Of a stretch of 64,000 bases of DNA, positions 21,913-34,989 are shown one piece after another (position 1 is the first letter of the stretch; each line of letters starts with the position of its first letter). The notes below the pieces were generated by a model. That model searched no databases, was not told the DNA's origin, and saw only the letters and a program-made list of their open reading frames with translations. The translations under genes were made by a program, and so were the position numbers. This stretch comes from an uncultured Gemmatimonadales bacterium (GTDB taxonomy: Bacteria > Gemmatimonadota > Gemmatimonadetes > Gemmatimonadales > GWC2-71-9), in contig CAWJIM010000020.1 of the NCBI GenBank assembly GCA_963842945.1, positions 96,001 through 160,000 of the forward strand. Reading direction: 5' to 3'.

Positions 21913-23684
21913 CTCTCGCAACCGTGGTTCACTGCCATGGCCAGGCTGTCGCTTCTGGCCCTGAACACCTCGAACGGAGGGACTGGCGCAAGCTTCTCGT
22001 ATCGAGTCCCCAAAGCGCCGGCGATGCGAACGGAGGCGGGGGTATTGTACTTATCCGTGGGGTTGTAAAACACGAGCTTGGGCGGATGGCAACGAATCAC
22101 ATCCAGCACCGAGTCAAGATCCGCGGTGGACCTGACCCCGAGCGCCGTGTTGTAGAACCTGAATGGGTTGGTCCGGCGCCCGAGAAAATACAGCTCGGCG
22201 TTGGTTGGAAGTGCGAAGATCGTGTCGCCTGGCTGAGTCTCGCGGTCGATCAGTCTAACCAGTGACTGGTAGAGCTGCGCTTCCGCGGCGTCGACGTATA
22301 TCCCCGCAACCGGAGACGGGAGGGGTGTAGACTGGAAAGCGCCGTTCGCCCGCAACGGTACCCTGAAGAGGGAGGTTACCGGCATTGCCGCCTGGTAGTA
22401 CAGTGCCACGCCAGCGATCACGGCTCGAGACCGCCACCGTGAACCTCTGGTGCTCCCGCATTTGCCTCGGCAGTCAGGAGCAAGATGGCAGTCAGACTCA
22501 GTCCGACGGTATAAAACAGGTAAATCGGTAACTGGTAGTGCAGTGACACCAGGGCATAGAACGTGGCAATCACCGGCAAGGGGTGAATGCTCGAGCGGCT
22601 GCCACGAACGAGCGCGCGGAACAGGAGTACACCCAGCAGCGCCGAAATCAGGAGCAGGCAGGTGTACAAGCCAGCATTGAGGAGTCTGTCCAGATCACCG
22701 GAATGAAAGCCACGCCAGGCCAGGATTCCGATCATCAGGTACCCAGGTCTCTTCATGAACCCGAGAGTGGGGAGCGACATCGCGGCGCCGAAAGTATCCC
22801 GGAACCAGTCGTCCAAGGCTCCATGAGCGAGGTGGTAGGCGAGGAGCGGAAGAGGCCGAGACGAGAGCACCCCAGCGAAAGGTCACGCAGGAGCGCGAGC
22901 ACCTCCCGGTTGGATCGCCTCGTTCGCAGCCAGGCCCACAGCAAAACTGCGAGGGGCCACACGCCGAAAAGCAACCCAACCCACCGGGTCGGTGACCCGC
23001 AGGACGTACCAGGAGTGACCCACTGCGATCAGAGCAAGCATTGCACGCGCCAGCCGCGCCCGTCCATCGCTCCAGCACCTGGGCTTCTCCAAAAGCAGAA
23101 ACACCAGAACACCAGAGGCGAGGAATACGCCGGAGAGCTGGCGAAAGAGAAAGGCTGTGCCGACCAGAAACCCGGTCACGACATGGCGCCATCGCAGGCC
23201 AACGGACTCCACGAGAGCCAGGCAATGGTCATGACTGCGAGAAACAAGGCGTACCAATTGGCGGTTGGATTCAGAAACTGAACGAAACTGAGCGAGGTAA
23301 GCACCAGACCGCCAATCGAGGCGGTCGACGACTCCTCCACGCTTCAGAATCAGAAACATGAGTGCGGCTTGAATGACGGTCAGCAGCGCCAGCGGATACC
23401 GCATGCTGACCATGCGCACCCCAAACAGCGAGAACGCGGCCGCGTTCACGAAGTCGACATAGCCGGCGTGCAGGTCCTGAACGTCCCGGTGGAGCACCTG
23501 ACCCCAGCAGGATGCGCTCGGCAACGTGGGCATAAATGCCCTCATCGGCCGGCGCCCAGAAGCGATTGTGATAAATGAACATGATGATGGTGCTGATCAG
23601 CACCACCAGGATAAGAGCGACCGCGGACCGGAGATCCCAGGCACTCGGATCTCGACCCGGCGTTCGCGTCCGGGTCGCTGGCAA
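21909..23684 (-). CDS. Polytopic membrane protein, GT-C/ArnT-PMT-like glycosyltransferase, several frameshifts
   Basis: The first TM is followed by WAPADEG.YAHVAERIL.GQVLHRD, a DE loop motif typical of GT-C enzymes. Many TMs follow, then a soluble C-terminal T.PGD.IF....LYFL..R.NP domain. Its stop overlaps the nucleotidyltransferase ATG. Confidence 0.6.
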
Positions 23685-23816
23685 TCACCTCGGAGGGATC
23701 GTCCCGGATCGGGCTACGGGCCTCTGGCATTGCCGCGCGTGGCCCCTGACGAGCAGCCTATCTCGATGGGAACGTCATCGGGCCAGGCGACCCAGGCCGG
23801 CGTCATGGCCTGACAG

Positions 23817-24536
23817 CTATCGCCGAGACGGAGTTTTTTTCGGCTCAGCTGTCGCTGCGGAGGAGTCGGGGCGGTCCGACTCTTCAGGGGTCGGAGTTTC
23901 AACTCGGCTCTCGGGCGGCTCCGGTAGGGTCAGGGTGCTCTGGCCCCGGGCATCCACCCCCATGCCGACTTTGGCGTCTCCGCTGCGGTCGGCAAATACC
24001 AGGGTGGAGGACCCACCCCGAACCAGGCTCAGCACCGTCCGCGTCGTTCCGTTCTCGTCGGCGAACAGCATGCTGACAGTCTGATCCGGGAGCAGCCCGA
24101 GTACCGCGCGGGAGCGGCCTGCGCGAGTCGCGGACCGTGATCCCGGAGGCGCCGTCCGCCATCGACAGTGAGGCTCAGGCCGGCCTTGCTTCCGGGAGAC
24201 TGGAGCTGAGCCGCATCGAGCCGTTGTCTGCGGTGGCCCAGGTGCCCCGAATGGCTCCGTTCGCGTCGCGCAGCAGGAATTGCCGGGCCTCGATCACATC
24301 GGCCACGGTGCCGGGGAGACCGTGGCGAGCGGACACGATGACCAGCGCGGTGGCCAGCCCGAGCAGAAGCGCGCCGGTCACCACCGTGCCCATCCAGAGC
24401 CGCCGAAGCCGCCGATTCTCCCGGGCCTGCTCCTCGATCCGGATGGAGAGCCCGCGCTCCAGCTCGTGCATCTGACGGCGGATGGGGTCCACCGGGACGT
24501 CTGGCGTAAAGGGATCGCCCGGCCGGAGCCGGTCAT
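23817..24536 (-). CDS. Hypothetical single-TM protein with coiled coil and repeated beta motif (L.FAD..G..R), frameshifted
   Basis: Fragments 24175..24546 and 23817..24071: coiled coil, TM, then EARQFLLRDANG.IRG and LFADENGTTR / LVFADRSGDAK repeats. Confidence 0.6.
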
Positions 24537-25878
24537 CCGGCACCACTCTCCAGGAAGTACGACCGGCAGGCCCGATCGGACCAGCTCAGGCGTGAGTTCC
24601 GGCTTGATCTCCCGGTACTTCGCGATATCCCCCACATGGGCAATCAGATCGCGTGGATGGCAGCCCCGGGGAGGAATCCCGAGCTTATCGTAGAACTCGC
24701 TGAAGATGTAGGTCACCGCATCGGGGGTCGTAACTCACACTCTGGCTCAGGCACATCGGCCCGGAAGATCTCCTCGTACTGAGCCCGGGTAGGATCCACC
24801 ACAGGGATTTTGTAATGAATCCGGCGGAGAAAGGCCTCCTCGACCAGCTCGGTGGGATCGAGGTTCGTGGCGAAGATCAGCAGGCAATCGAACGGTACCG
24901 GGAACTTGCCGCCGGTGTGGAGAGTCAGATAATCGATCCGCTTCTCCAGCGGCACGATCCAGCGGTTGAGCAGATCGCGGGGGGGAACCCGCTGCCGGCC
25001 GAAGTCATCGATGATCAGGACTCCGCCGTTGGCCTTCACCTGGAAGGGAGCCTGGTACAGCTTGGTGAACGGATCGTATCGCAGGTCGAGCTGGTCCAGC
25101 GTCAGCTCGCCGCCGGTGAGGACTACCGGTCGCTTTACCCGGGCATACCGCCGGTCATAGCCGGGGCCGCTCCGCCAGAGCGACTCTATCCCAGTTGCCT
25201 CGTCCTCGGTCTCGATCTCCTGGTGGTGGACCGGGTCGAATACCAGCATGATTTGGCCTTCGATATCCACCGCATACGGCAGATACAGCTCTCCGCCCAG
25301 CATCTCGGGAGATGGCCTCCGCAATGGCCGTCTTCCCGTTCCCTGGGTGGCCATACAGAAAGATGGATTTCGAGGAGTTGACCGCCGGGCCCGAGGATCT
25401 CGAAGATCGACGTGGGATTCAGCACCAGGTGGCTGAATCCCGCTTGCAGCGATTCCTGGGTGACGTGGGCCTGCTGAATCGATTGTGCGTGGATCCAGCT
25501 GGGGTACTGGGAGAGCAGGCACCGGCGCCGGTCCTACGTACTGGCTGGCCTCGAGTGCCTCCTTGGCCCGGTCTCTCCCGTCATTCCCCAGGTCGAACAG
25601 ATAACTGCCGCGATGGGGTGCCGTGGTGCCCCGGACCTCGATGAATCTGCGCTGCTGCAGGGTGAGCAGCTCCTCATCCACCAGGGGGAAGGGCAGCCGG
25701 AGGAAATTCGCGAGGTATTGGCCGGTGCGGCCTCCCTGCACGTAGAGCACCTTCAGGATCAGGTCGCGAACCGCGTCGGCCGAGAGGCCGGTGATCGGCC
25801 AGCGACTCGGGTACCGGCGGAATCGACGGCGATTCCGTGAGGTCCGTGCCTTCGGTGATGGACTGGGGTGGCGCTCAC
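24533..25878 (-). CDS. AAA+ family ATPase, frameshifted
   Basis: APFQVKANGGVLIIDDFGRQ, LLNRWIVPLE, FATNLDP, EAFLRRI. The Walker A (GxxGNGKT-like) is split by an indel near 25340. GTG start overlaps the DUF192 stop. Confidence 0.8.
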
Positions 25879-26279
25879 GTTACTGCCTCCGTCTCCGTCG
25901 ATCCGGGACGCGCAGCCGGAGCGTCGGCGGACCAGACCAGAACGTCGCCCACCAGGGTGCCTGAGCTCCTCCAGGGTTCCGGCCGGCAGCTCCAGCGCGT
26001 GCGCCGCCTTCCGGTGCCAGCGGGTTCGAGACCCGGGCGCGAAGCGATGGTAGCTGGCCACCACGGCCCCCTCGGCGTCCAGAAATGCCACGTCCAGGGG
26101 ATACCGCATGCCCATACATGTGGATCGACCGGCAGGGCGTAAGCAGCAGCCCCTCTCCCGGGTCGGGCGCCGGCCGGCGCCAGCATTCCCCGCAGTCGGG
26201 TCAACCAGCCGTCCGCCAGCCGAATCCGGCTCCCCAGCTCCCGATTATCCCGGGTGTTTACCACCCGTAAGAGCCGCAT
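25875..26279 (-). CDS. DUF192 family protein, frameshifted
   Basis: ADGWLTRLRGML, GMRYPLDVAFLD..G.VV, ALELPAG, ..VGD.L. Start overlaps the tadC stop (TAATG). Confidence 0.8.
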   Translation of the reverse strand: MRLLRVVNTRDNRELGSRIRLADGWLTRLRGMLAPAGARPGRGAAAYALPVDPHVWACGIPWTWHFWTPRGPWWPATIASRPGLEPAGTGRRRTRWSCRPEPWRSSGTLVGDVLVWSADAPAARPGSTETEAVT

Positions 26280-27208
26280 TAGAGCTTGCTGAAGGTCCGG
26301 TAGATCGCGAGCGCCGACGGCCCGATCACCACGACGAACATCGCCGGGAAAACGAAGAGCACCAGGGGGAAGACCAGCTTGATCGTCGTCTTTGCCGCGG
26401 CCTCCTCTGCCCGCTGGCGCCGCTTGGTGCGCATGGTGTCGGAATGGACCCGGAGCGCGTCGGCCACCGAGGTTCCGAAGCGGTCGGTCTGGATCATCAT
26501 GCTTACCAGGGACTTGATGTCGGCCAGGCCGGTGCGCTCGGCGAAGTTCTTGAGGGCCTCATCTCGCGGGCGTGCCGGCCCGCATCTCCAGGTTGACCAT
26601 GGCGAGCTGTTCGCTCATGACCGGGCTCACGTGGTCGATCTCATCGGCCACCCGGACCAATGCCTGGTTGAGTCCCAGCCCGGCCTCCACGCAGACCACC
26701 AGCATATCCAGCATGTCGGCCAGGGCGAGCTGGACCTCCTTCTGCCGAGCCTTGAGCCGGCTCCGACGTAGAACGTGGGGCCGATCCATCCCATGGCCCC
26801 GAGCCAGACAGACTGCCCAGCAGGACCTGTGTTCGGCGCGACGCCCGAGCAAGGGCAAACCGAGCAGAGCCCAGCGACGGGCAGTCCGACTGCCAGGCTC
26901 ACCCGCGATGCCCAGTAGATCGAAACCGCGCTAGGGTCGGGGAAGCCCGCCTGAATCAGGAACAGCCGGACAGCGGTGGTGTCCTTCCGGCCGCCTCCCA
27001 CCTGCTGCCCGAGCGCCTGCAGCACACTCATCAGTCGCTCGGACCTGGCCTGGCGCCGGCGGCGGGCCAGTGCGCATCCTGGTCGCTCGCCGGTCTGCAT
27101 CTGATCCAGGCGGCCGACCACGGCGCCCTGTCCCGGCCGCAACTGCATCAGCGTCAGGGCAAACAGGGCGACGGTCAACGCCGTCAGGATGACGATTATG
27201 GCGAGCAT
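26279..27208 (-). CDS. tadC: Tad inner-membrane platform protein TadC, frameshifted
   Basis: [47 protein letters not shown]...KL.FPLVL. Confidence 0.9.
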
Positions 27209-27215
27209 GAGAGTC

Positions 27216-28208
27216 TCAGATCTCGATTTTGATGATCTTGCGGATCCAGAGGAATCCGACCAGCTGCATGGATATTGCCACACCGACCAGGATCTTTCCG
27301 ATCGGGTCGGTGAAGAGAATCGACATGTACTTGGATTCAGCATGTACAGAATCGAGAACAGAGATGATCGGCAGAGCCGACAGGAGATAGCCGGTCATCC
27401 GGCCCTGGGCGGTGTAGACCCTGAGCTGCCGCCGGATGGTGAAGCGGGCCCGCACCACGGCAGCCAGATTGTCCAGAATCTCGGCCAGGTTGCCGCCCAC
27501 CTCGCGCTGAATCAGGATGGCGGTGACCAGAATACGAACGTCCACCAGGTTGACCCGGTCGGCCATTCCGAGCAGCGAATCCTGCAGCGGCAAGCCGAAC
27601 CGCTGCTCCTCGAAGATCCTGCGAAACTCGCCGGCTACCGGCTCGGGACCATCGTCCGCCGCCATCTTGAACCCGGCGGTCAGCGGGTGGCCGGCCCGAA
27701 GCGCCCGGCCTACCAGATCGATCGAGTCGGGCAGCAACTCCTCGAAGGCGTTGAGTCGCTTGGTGCGCTTGCGCCGAACATAGAAGATGGGCAGCATGGC
27801 GCCGAACATCGGTGGCAACAAGTCCGGCCAGCACCGAGCCGGTCGCGATCAGCGATCATGCTCCCGAGCCCCAGCGCCATGCCCAGCGACAAAATAATCA
27901 GCGTCTGCAGCTCCAGGAGACATCCGGCCTGCTGGAGCAGCGAATTCGGCATCCCGAAGCTGCGGCACCCGAGAGATGATTGGCCGGAGCCAGGGGGACT
28001 GCAAGACCGCCGAGCGGAAAACGCTGGAGCCCTGGCCACCGCCCGCGAGCGGGTCATTGGCGAGGGAGCGGAGGTGATCCACCATGTTGCGCTTGCGCTG
28101 CTGCTCCTGGAGCCACTCCCAGAGGAGCACCAGCGAGACCGTAGCCAGCGCGACGGTCAGGAAGGCGACCAGGGCCGGCACCAGGATACTGGCTGGCAGT
28201 CCTACCAT
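27216..28208 (-). CDS. tadB: Tad inner-membrane platform protein TadB, frameshifted
   Basis: [43 protein letters not shown]. Confidence 0.9.
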
Positions 28209-28214
28209 CGCGGT

Positions 28215-29660
<1,446 letters not shown>

Positions 29661-29663
29661 GCT

Positions 29664-30928
29664 CTATTTTCCTCCCTCTCGCCGCTTGGCGAGCTTGCCC
29701 ATGATGCCTCTGGAACGGTGCCGCCAGGGCTTGACTCAGCCGGGAGCGCTGTGACCGTGTTCGTCCTGCACCCCGGTCACCTGTGCGGCCAGCCCCGCGA
29801 GATCTCGGGTGTAGGGAGAGCCGCCATTCAGCACAATGGGCTTTCCGGCGTTCACCGAGCTCATGACCGCTTCGTACTCGTTGCTGACCTTCCAGAACAC
29901 CTTCAGTCCCAGGCTTCGCTCGACGTCCGCCACCGAGACCGTGTCATCGGGATCATAGCGGTTGAGAATCAGGCGCACCTGTTCCTCACCCTTCGTGAGC
30001 ACCCGCTTGAAGAGTGGCATCCCGCGCTGAATGTTCCGGAGCGAGGGCAGGTCGGCGCACGGTGACGAGGAACAGCAGGTCAGCCTGCTCGAAAACGGCG
30101 AGGGTGGTAGGAGCAAAGGAGCGCGGGGTATCCACCACGACGTAGTCGTAGTGCTGGCGCAGGAAGGCCAGGATCCGGCGAATCTGTTCCGCGTGTCACC
30201 GAGTCGGCCTTCTCCGGGCTCCACCGGGCGCCGACAAGAGGTCTATTCCGGAGGGGTGGTGGTCGATGTAGGAGGCCAGCAGTCCGGCATCCATCCGCCG
30301 GAAGTTCTCGACAAAGTCGATGAAGTTGAACCGGGGCTTGATGCCGAGCACCAGCGCGCTCTCCCCCAGCTCGAGATCCAGATCCACCACCAGCGTCTTC
30401 GTCTTGGTGGCTCGGTGGATCAGGATGGCGAGGTTGGTGGCCAGGGTGGTGGACCCACTGCCGCCCTTGGCGCTGAAGAAGGAGAGGATCTTCCCGGGCT
30501 CCCGCTGCTTGTCGCCGTCCGGCTTTCGAAGCTTGTGCGCGGAGCGAATGGCCGCGGCTCGGAGATCTTCGGGAGCCACCGGCTTGGGCAGGTAGTCTGA
30601 GACCCCGGCCCGCATGGCCAGCATCAGCTGGTCACTGGTGAGCACCGGCCCGGTGGCGATGAAGAGTTGCGCCGGATTCAGCTCAACCAGGTACTGCGCC
30701 AGCTGGATCCCGAGCTCCGGGCTTTCCTCCAGGTCCAGGATGATGAGCTCGGGCGCCACCGCTCGGAGCGCCTGCACCTGTTGCTCGCCGAACTGGTAGA
30801 GCGGCGACGTGAGCTCCAGCTCCAGGGTAACCGGCCGCTCGGGGCCGCTCAGCAGCTGCTTGACCTGGCGTCACGAAGCTGGAATCACTGGAGATCAGCG
30901 CGGCGCGCGGAAGCTGAGAGTCGCTCAC
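29664..30928 (-). CDS. cpaE: Pilus assembly protein CpaE/TadZ (receiver-like domain + MinD-like ATPase), frameshifted
   Basis: N-terminal receiver-like region ([13 protein letters not shown]), then [22 protein letters not shown] and LILNR. Confidence 0.88.
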
Positions 30929-30942
30929 GAGGCGGCTCGACC

Positions 30943-32225
30943 CTACTTGATGAGCATCAGGTCGTCTTGATCAGTGCCGGTGGTCTGCCGGACCGCCCAC
31001 GCCGGCCCTGGACACAAACCCCAGGAACCTGCGCGGTGATCGGTGCCTTGCATTGGCACCCGGTGCAGCCAGGGGGGCGCTGGTCCACGAACATCTTGGC
31101 AAAGTTGTTGAACACGATCGGATTATTCGTGCTGGAGTCAGGATGTCGCCGGGGCTGTAGAGAGCCACGATCACGACGCGAGGGCTGTCGGTCAGCCAGT
31201 CGTCCCCGGCACTCCGAACCATCCACGCTGTTCGTGGCATCATTCCAATGGGCTGCCGGATCGTACCCGATCCGCGTGTCCCAGGCCGGACTGATCGGTC
31301 CCACCTGGCCCCATTGCCGGCCGCTGCGTTATATCCGTCACCGCCGACCGTCACGCACGTCGCAGGACTCATCGGTGATCTTGCCGGCCACGCACCTGCG
31401 CGCTGTTGGCGTCATTAGAATTAAGCCCCAGGCGAAATAGTTGGAGCTGGTGGTCCCGTCCTTGGAGTCGAACGTCATGACCGTGATCTGACGGCCGTAG
31501 TCATTGGTCTTGTGCAGCAGTGCATTGCCGGTAGCCAGACCATTCCGGTAGTTGGACCCGTAGCCGTATCGTGCCGGGTCGTACTCGTCGACGCCCTGAT
31601 CGAATTCCCAGTGCTCCCTCTCCTGAGCATCCATGTATCCTGCGCCGTTGTTGTTTTGCGGTCCATCTGATAATTCCACAGCCCGTCCGTTGCACATACT
31701 CCTCAGGAGGGGCGTTTTTTCCGCTCCCGGCGTACGTCGTTGTTCTTCCAGATGTCCGGCATCGCGACCGGCATTACGCAGGCCGCCTTGCTGGTCTCGT
31801 ACACGTCCGCTGCGGCCATGGCGTTGATGCCGCATGGTCCCATGATCTGCCTAAAATGCTGGCGAACCAGAGTGGATTCCGCCGCTGGTGTACGATGACC
31901 GTCACCCTCTGCTCTGGCAAGTCCACGACCACGCGTCGACCTCGCGGATCGGTGATCGGCAACTCTGATGGACCTCGTGCTTCTTGGCATATTCAGGGCC
32001 CGTGCCTCGGCACGATCCGCCTTGTCGATGGCGGGATCGAGGATGTCCAGGAACGCGCTGGCGCCGGCCAGGGCTGCAGCATCCATGGCCCGCTGTGCTT
32101 CGGCCTTGGCGGCCTTGATCATGCCATAGTCGATGACCAGGGCGCTCATTCCCAGCATCAGGAACAGCATGAGCGCCATCATGACCAGGGTGACTCCGCG
32201 CTCACCACGCCTGCCTCGAACCCAT
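30943..32225 (-). CDS. tadG: TadG-like pilus assembly protein, frameshifted
   Basis: ERG prepilin-like site, hydrophobic LMLFLMLGMSALVIDYG and EAQRAMDAAALAGA (Tad N-terminal domain). The C-terminal region is Cys-rich. Confidence 0.75.
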
Positions 32226-32254
32226 GACTTCGCGAACTCATACGCGACCTCCCC

Positions 32255-33616
32255 CTAATGCTCCTGAGAATTTCTCCACGCCGTGTCTGCCGCATTCATC
32301 TTCATTTGACCGGACCACTTCCAGGTGGACGGCTCACCAGTCGGGAGCAGCGCCGGGGTATCGCTCGGCAGCACCAGCTTGGGTGAGACGAGCACCAGGA
32401 GCTCGGTCCGGCGCTGCCGTGCGTCCTTGCTTCTGAAGAACTGTCCCAGAATCGGGATGTCTCCCAACAGAGGGACCTTCGTCGCATTGTCTGTCAGAGT
32501 ATTGTCCACCAGCCCCGCAATGGCCAGATACTGACCGTTCTTCATCTCGACTTCGGTCTCCGCCCGCCGGCTGAGAATGCTGGGAATGGTGAAGCCACCG
32601 AAGATGAGCGGGTTGGAGAAGTCCAACGCCGACACTTCGGGGGCAACCTTCAACCGAATGCTGCCCCCCCGGGTGATGGTGGGCGTGAACTTCAGGCGAA
32701 TCCCGAACTCCTTGAAAACGATAGACACCGCGTTGTTTCCGCCGCCGCCCTGAACCGTCGGGTAGGGGAACTCTCCTCCGGCCAGGAAGGAGGCTTCGCG
32801 TCCGGGCAGCGCAATGAGGTTCGGCTCAGCCAGGCTCTTCAGCAGCCCCTTGGAGGAGAGCATGCGAATGAGCACCTCGATGCTTGCATTGGCGTTGAAG
32901 AGTGCGAGGTCGACCACTCCGTCCGCGAAGGTTCCGTCTGTAGGGTTGGTATTGGCCGACCCGGCCCAGTTGCCGGTCCGGCCGTTGAGATCCTGGGGGT
33001 TGAGGGTGGCCAACTGGGAGCGGAACTCCTTGATCGCGCTCTTGTTGACTTCGGCGAATCGCACCTTCAACAGCACCTGGACCGCTTCCGGGGTGGTCAG
33101 GTTGTCCACGATGGTGGCCCCCGAGCCCTTGGCAATCTCTACCGCGCGGCTCGCCACGCTGGCATCCCTGACCTGGCCCGTGAGGGTCACCACGTTGCCA
33201 CTGGCGATCACGTCGATCTTCTCGCCCTGCAGTACCGAGCTGAGGTACCGCTGGAGACCCGGAGCGTCGGCGGTAACCTCCACCGAGTACAGCTTGATGT
33301 TGCCGCTGTTGTCCCAGAGGAAGAGGCTGGTGGTGCCCAGCGTCTTGCCATTGATCAGGACCTCGGTGGGCGAGACCACGACTGCTTCCGCCACGGCAGG
33401 GTCGCCGATGGAGAACCGCTGAATAGCCGTGGTGTTGACCAGGAGCGCGGAGGCACCCTTCGACACCGAGACGACCTGCTCCGGCGCGCGGACCACCCGC
33501 TGGGCCTCTGCGGGTCGAGCACCACCCACCAGGGCAGCAGTGATGACAGCGCAGGCGAAACACCACCGCCAGGCCTGCAGGAAAGGAACGGTCCAGCCGT
33601 GGCGGTAGATACGCAC
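32255..33616 (-). CDS. cpaC: Tad secretin CpaC/RcpA
   Basis: GDPAVAE, GKTLGTT, QVLLKVRFAEV, LAEPNL..L.G.EASFLAGGEFP, KEFGIRL.FTP, P.LGDIPILG.FF.S. Confidence 0.94.
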   Translation of the reverse strand: MRIYRHGWTVPFLQAWRWCFACAVITAALVGGARPAEAQRVVRAPEQVVSVSKGASALLVNTTAIQRFSIGDPAVAEAVVVSPTEVLINGKTLGTTSLFLWDNSGNIKLYSVEVTADAPGLQRYLSSVLQGEKIDVIASGNVVTLTGQVRDASVASRAVEIAKGSGATIVDNLTTPEAVQVLLKVRFAEVNKSAIKEFRSQLATLNPQDLNGRTGNWAGSANTNPTDGTFADGVVDLALFNANASIEVLIRMLSSKGLLKSLAEPNLIALPGREASFLAGGEFPYPTVQGGGGNNAVSIVFKEFGIRLKFTPTITRGGSIRLKVAPEVSALDFSNPLIFGGFTIPSILSRRAETEVEMKNGQYLAIAGLVDNTLTDNATKVPLLGDIPILGQFFRSKDARQRRTELLVLVSPKLVLPSDTPALLPTGEPSTWKWSGQMKMNAADTAWRNSQEH

Positions 33617-33636
33617 GGATCTTCCATGGGTAAGGG

Positions 33637-34482
33637 TCAGGGCTGCTTCTGGAACGTGGTCAGGGTTCGCTCACCACCCCGATATCCCTCCACCACGGTG
33701 GGATTGGCTTTGGGTGCAGGGGCGGAGCGGGTTCGCTGGGGACGATTGGGAGAAGGCGAGCCGGAACTGGGAGACAGTCTGTCGGCCCGGGCGCCGCTGG
33801 TGCTGACGGCAAGGGTATCCAGCGTGTTCCGAAGCGCCAGCTGGAGCCGGCCCTCCTTGGACGCGAGGGCCAGCAGCTCGGCATCGTCGGGCGTCACCAG
33901 CAGGGTAATAACCGTGACCGTCTGCGGCTTTCCTTCCTTGTCCCGGGTGACCGACTGGCCTGCAGCGAGCGTCTGGACGTTCTGGAGCAGCGTCTTGGTG
34001 ATGGCTTGAGGCCGATCGTCGCCTTTGTCGAGGGTCAGCATGACGTCGACCCGAGTGCCGGGCAGCACGAACCCGGCAACCCCGATGACTTCATCCACCT
34101 TGACGCTGACGGCGCGCATCCCATCGCGGATGATGATCGGAAGCCCGCCGCCGGCATCCTTGGTGGACACCTTGGCCTCGAGCAGAGGCTCGTTCTCGGC
34201 CACTGGCGTGATAATTCCCCGGCCCACCGCATCCTTGACCGATCTGATATATCCGCTGGGAACCGCATCGCCGGGCCAGCTGACCATTTTCACGTCTCGC
34301 TCCGATGACCACCGCTCCAACGGGAAGGCTCCGGGCGGACAGAACGATATTTGCCCGCTTGGGCTCGGCGGCCATGAGCGGAGTGGTTCGCTCCCGGAGA
34401 TAGCGCAGGGCGAGTAGTGCGGCGACCACCCCGAGGTGAGCGCCAGAACCAGCATGAACCAGGGCCGGGATCTTTTTCTCAT
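33637..34482 (-). CDS. cpaB: Flp pilus assembly protein CpaB/RcpC (SAF domain), N-terminal frameshift
   Basis: GMRAVSV.VDEVIGVAGFVLPG.RVDV, LLQNV..LA.GQ, TLLVTP, G.LQLALRN..D. Confidence 0.92.
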   Translation of the reverse strand: MRKRSRPWFMLVLALTSGWSPHYSPCAISGSEPLRSWPPSPSGQISFCPPGAFPLERWSSERDVKMVSWPGDAVPSGYIRSVKDAVGRGIITPVAENEPLLEAKVSTKDAGGGLPIIIRDGMRAVSVKVDEVIGVAGFVLPGTRVDVMLTLDKGDDRPQAITKTLLQNVQTLAAGQSVTRDKEGKPQTVTVITLLVTPDDAELLALASKEGRLQLALRNTLDTLAVSTSGARADRLSPSSGSPSPNRPQRTRSAPAPKANPTVVEGYRGGERTLTTFQKQP

Positions 34483-34511
34483 AGGGTACTGCCGGTCCCA
34501 ATGTTCCGGCC

Positions 34512-34530
34512 TGAGTTGACACAGGACACA
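34512..34530 (-). promoter_or_regulatory. 19-nt motif in the cpaB leader, shared with the flp leader
   Basis: Minus strand TGTGTCCTGTGTCAACTCA, 17/19 identical to 35733-35751. Confidence 0.5.
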
Positions 34531-34561
34531 TAGCGGCACTCTAGGGCGCCAGGGAGATCGC

Positions 34562-34965
34562 CACTCGTTCGCATCGTCGCATTCGTGTGATCACGACTGC
34601 TGGGCTCCCGGCCCACCCTCAGAAGGACGCCGACAGACCCATCTGGTGCTCGGGCGGAGACCAGGTGACTGTCGACCGTCTCGTTATAACCGGCCACGTG
34701 GAAGTCGTCGCCTGAAAACTCGATAGTGGCAGAGTCGATGGCACGCCAGCGCGAGTCGCTCTTCGATTTTGGCCTTCACGTCGTCAGTTGTCTGGATGTC
34801 ATCGTCCTGGACCACGGCGTAGCGGGCACCCTCTCGCGCGGCATCGGTCACGGCCTGCTTGATGTTCCAGGCCCGGCCGAACTCGATGATTCCAGCGATG
34901 AAAAAGAGGATCAGAGGTAGGACCAAGGCGAATTCTGCCAGGGCTTGTCCCCGCTCATTCCTCAC
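34562..34965 (-). CDS. tadE: TadE pseudopilin, frameshifted
   Basis: NERG|QALAEFALVLP....GIIEFG...AAREGARYA; C-terminal A(T)MR(N)E. Confidence 0.88.
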
Positions 34966-34989
34966 CAGGCTGCTACCTCCTCGGACACC

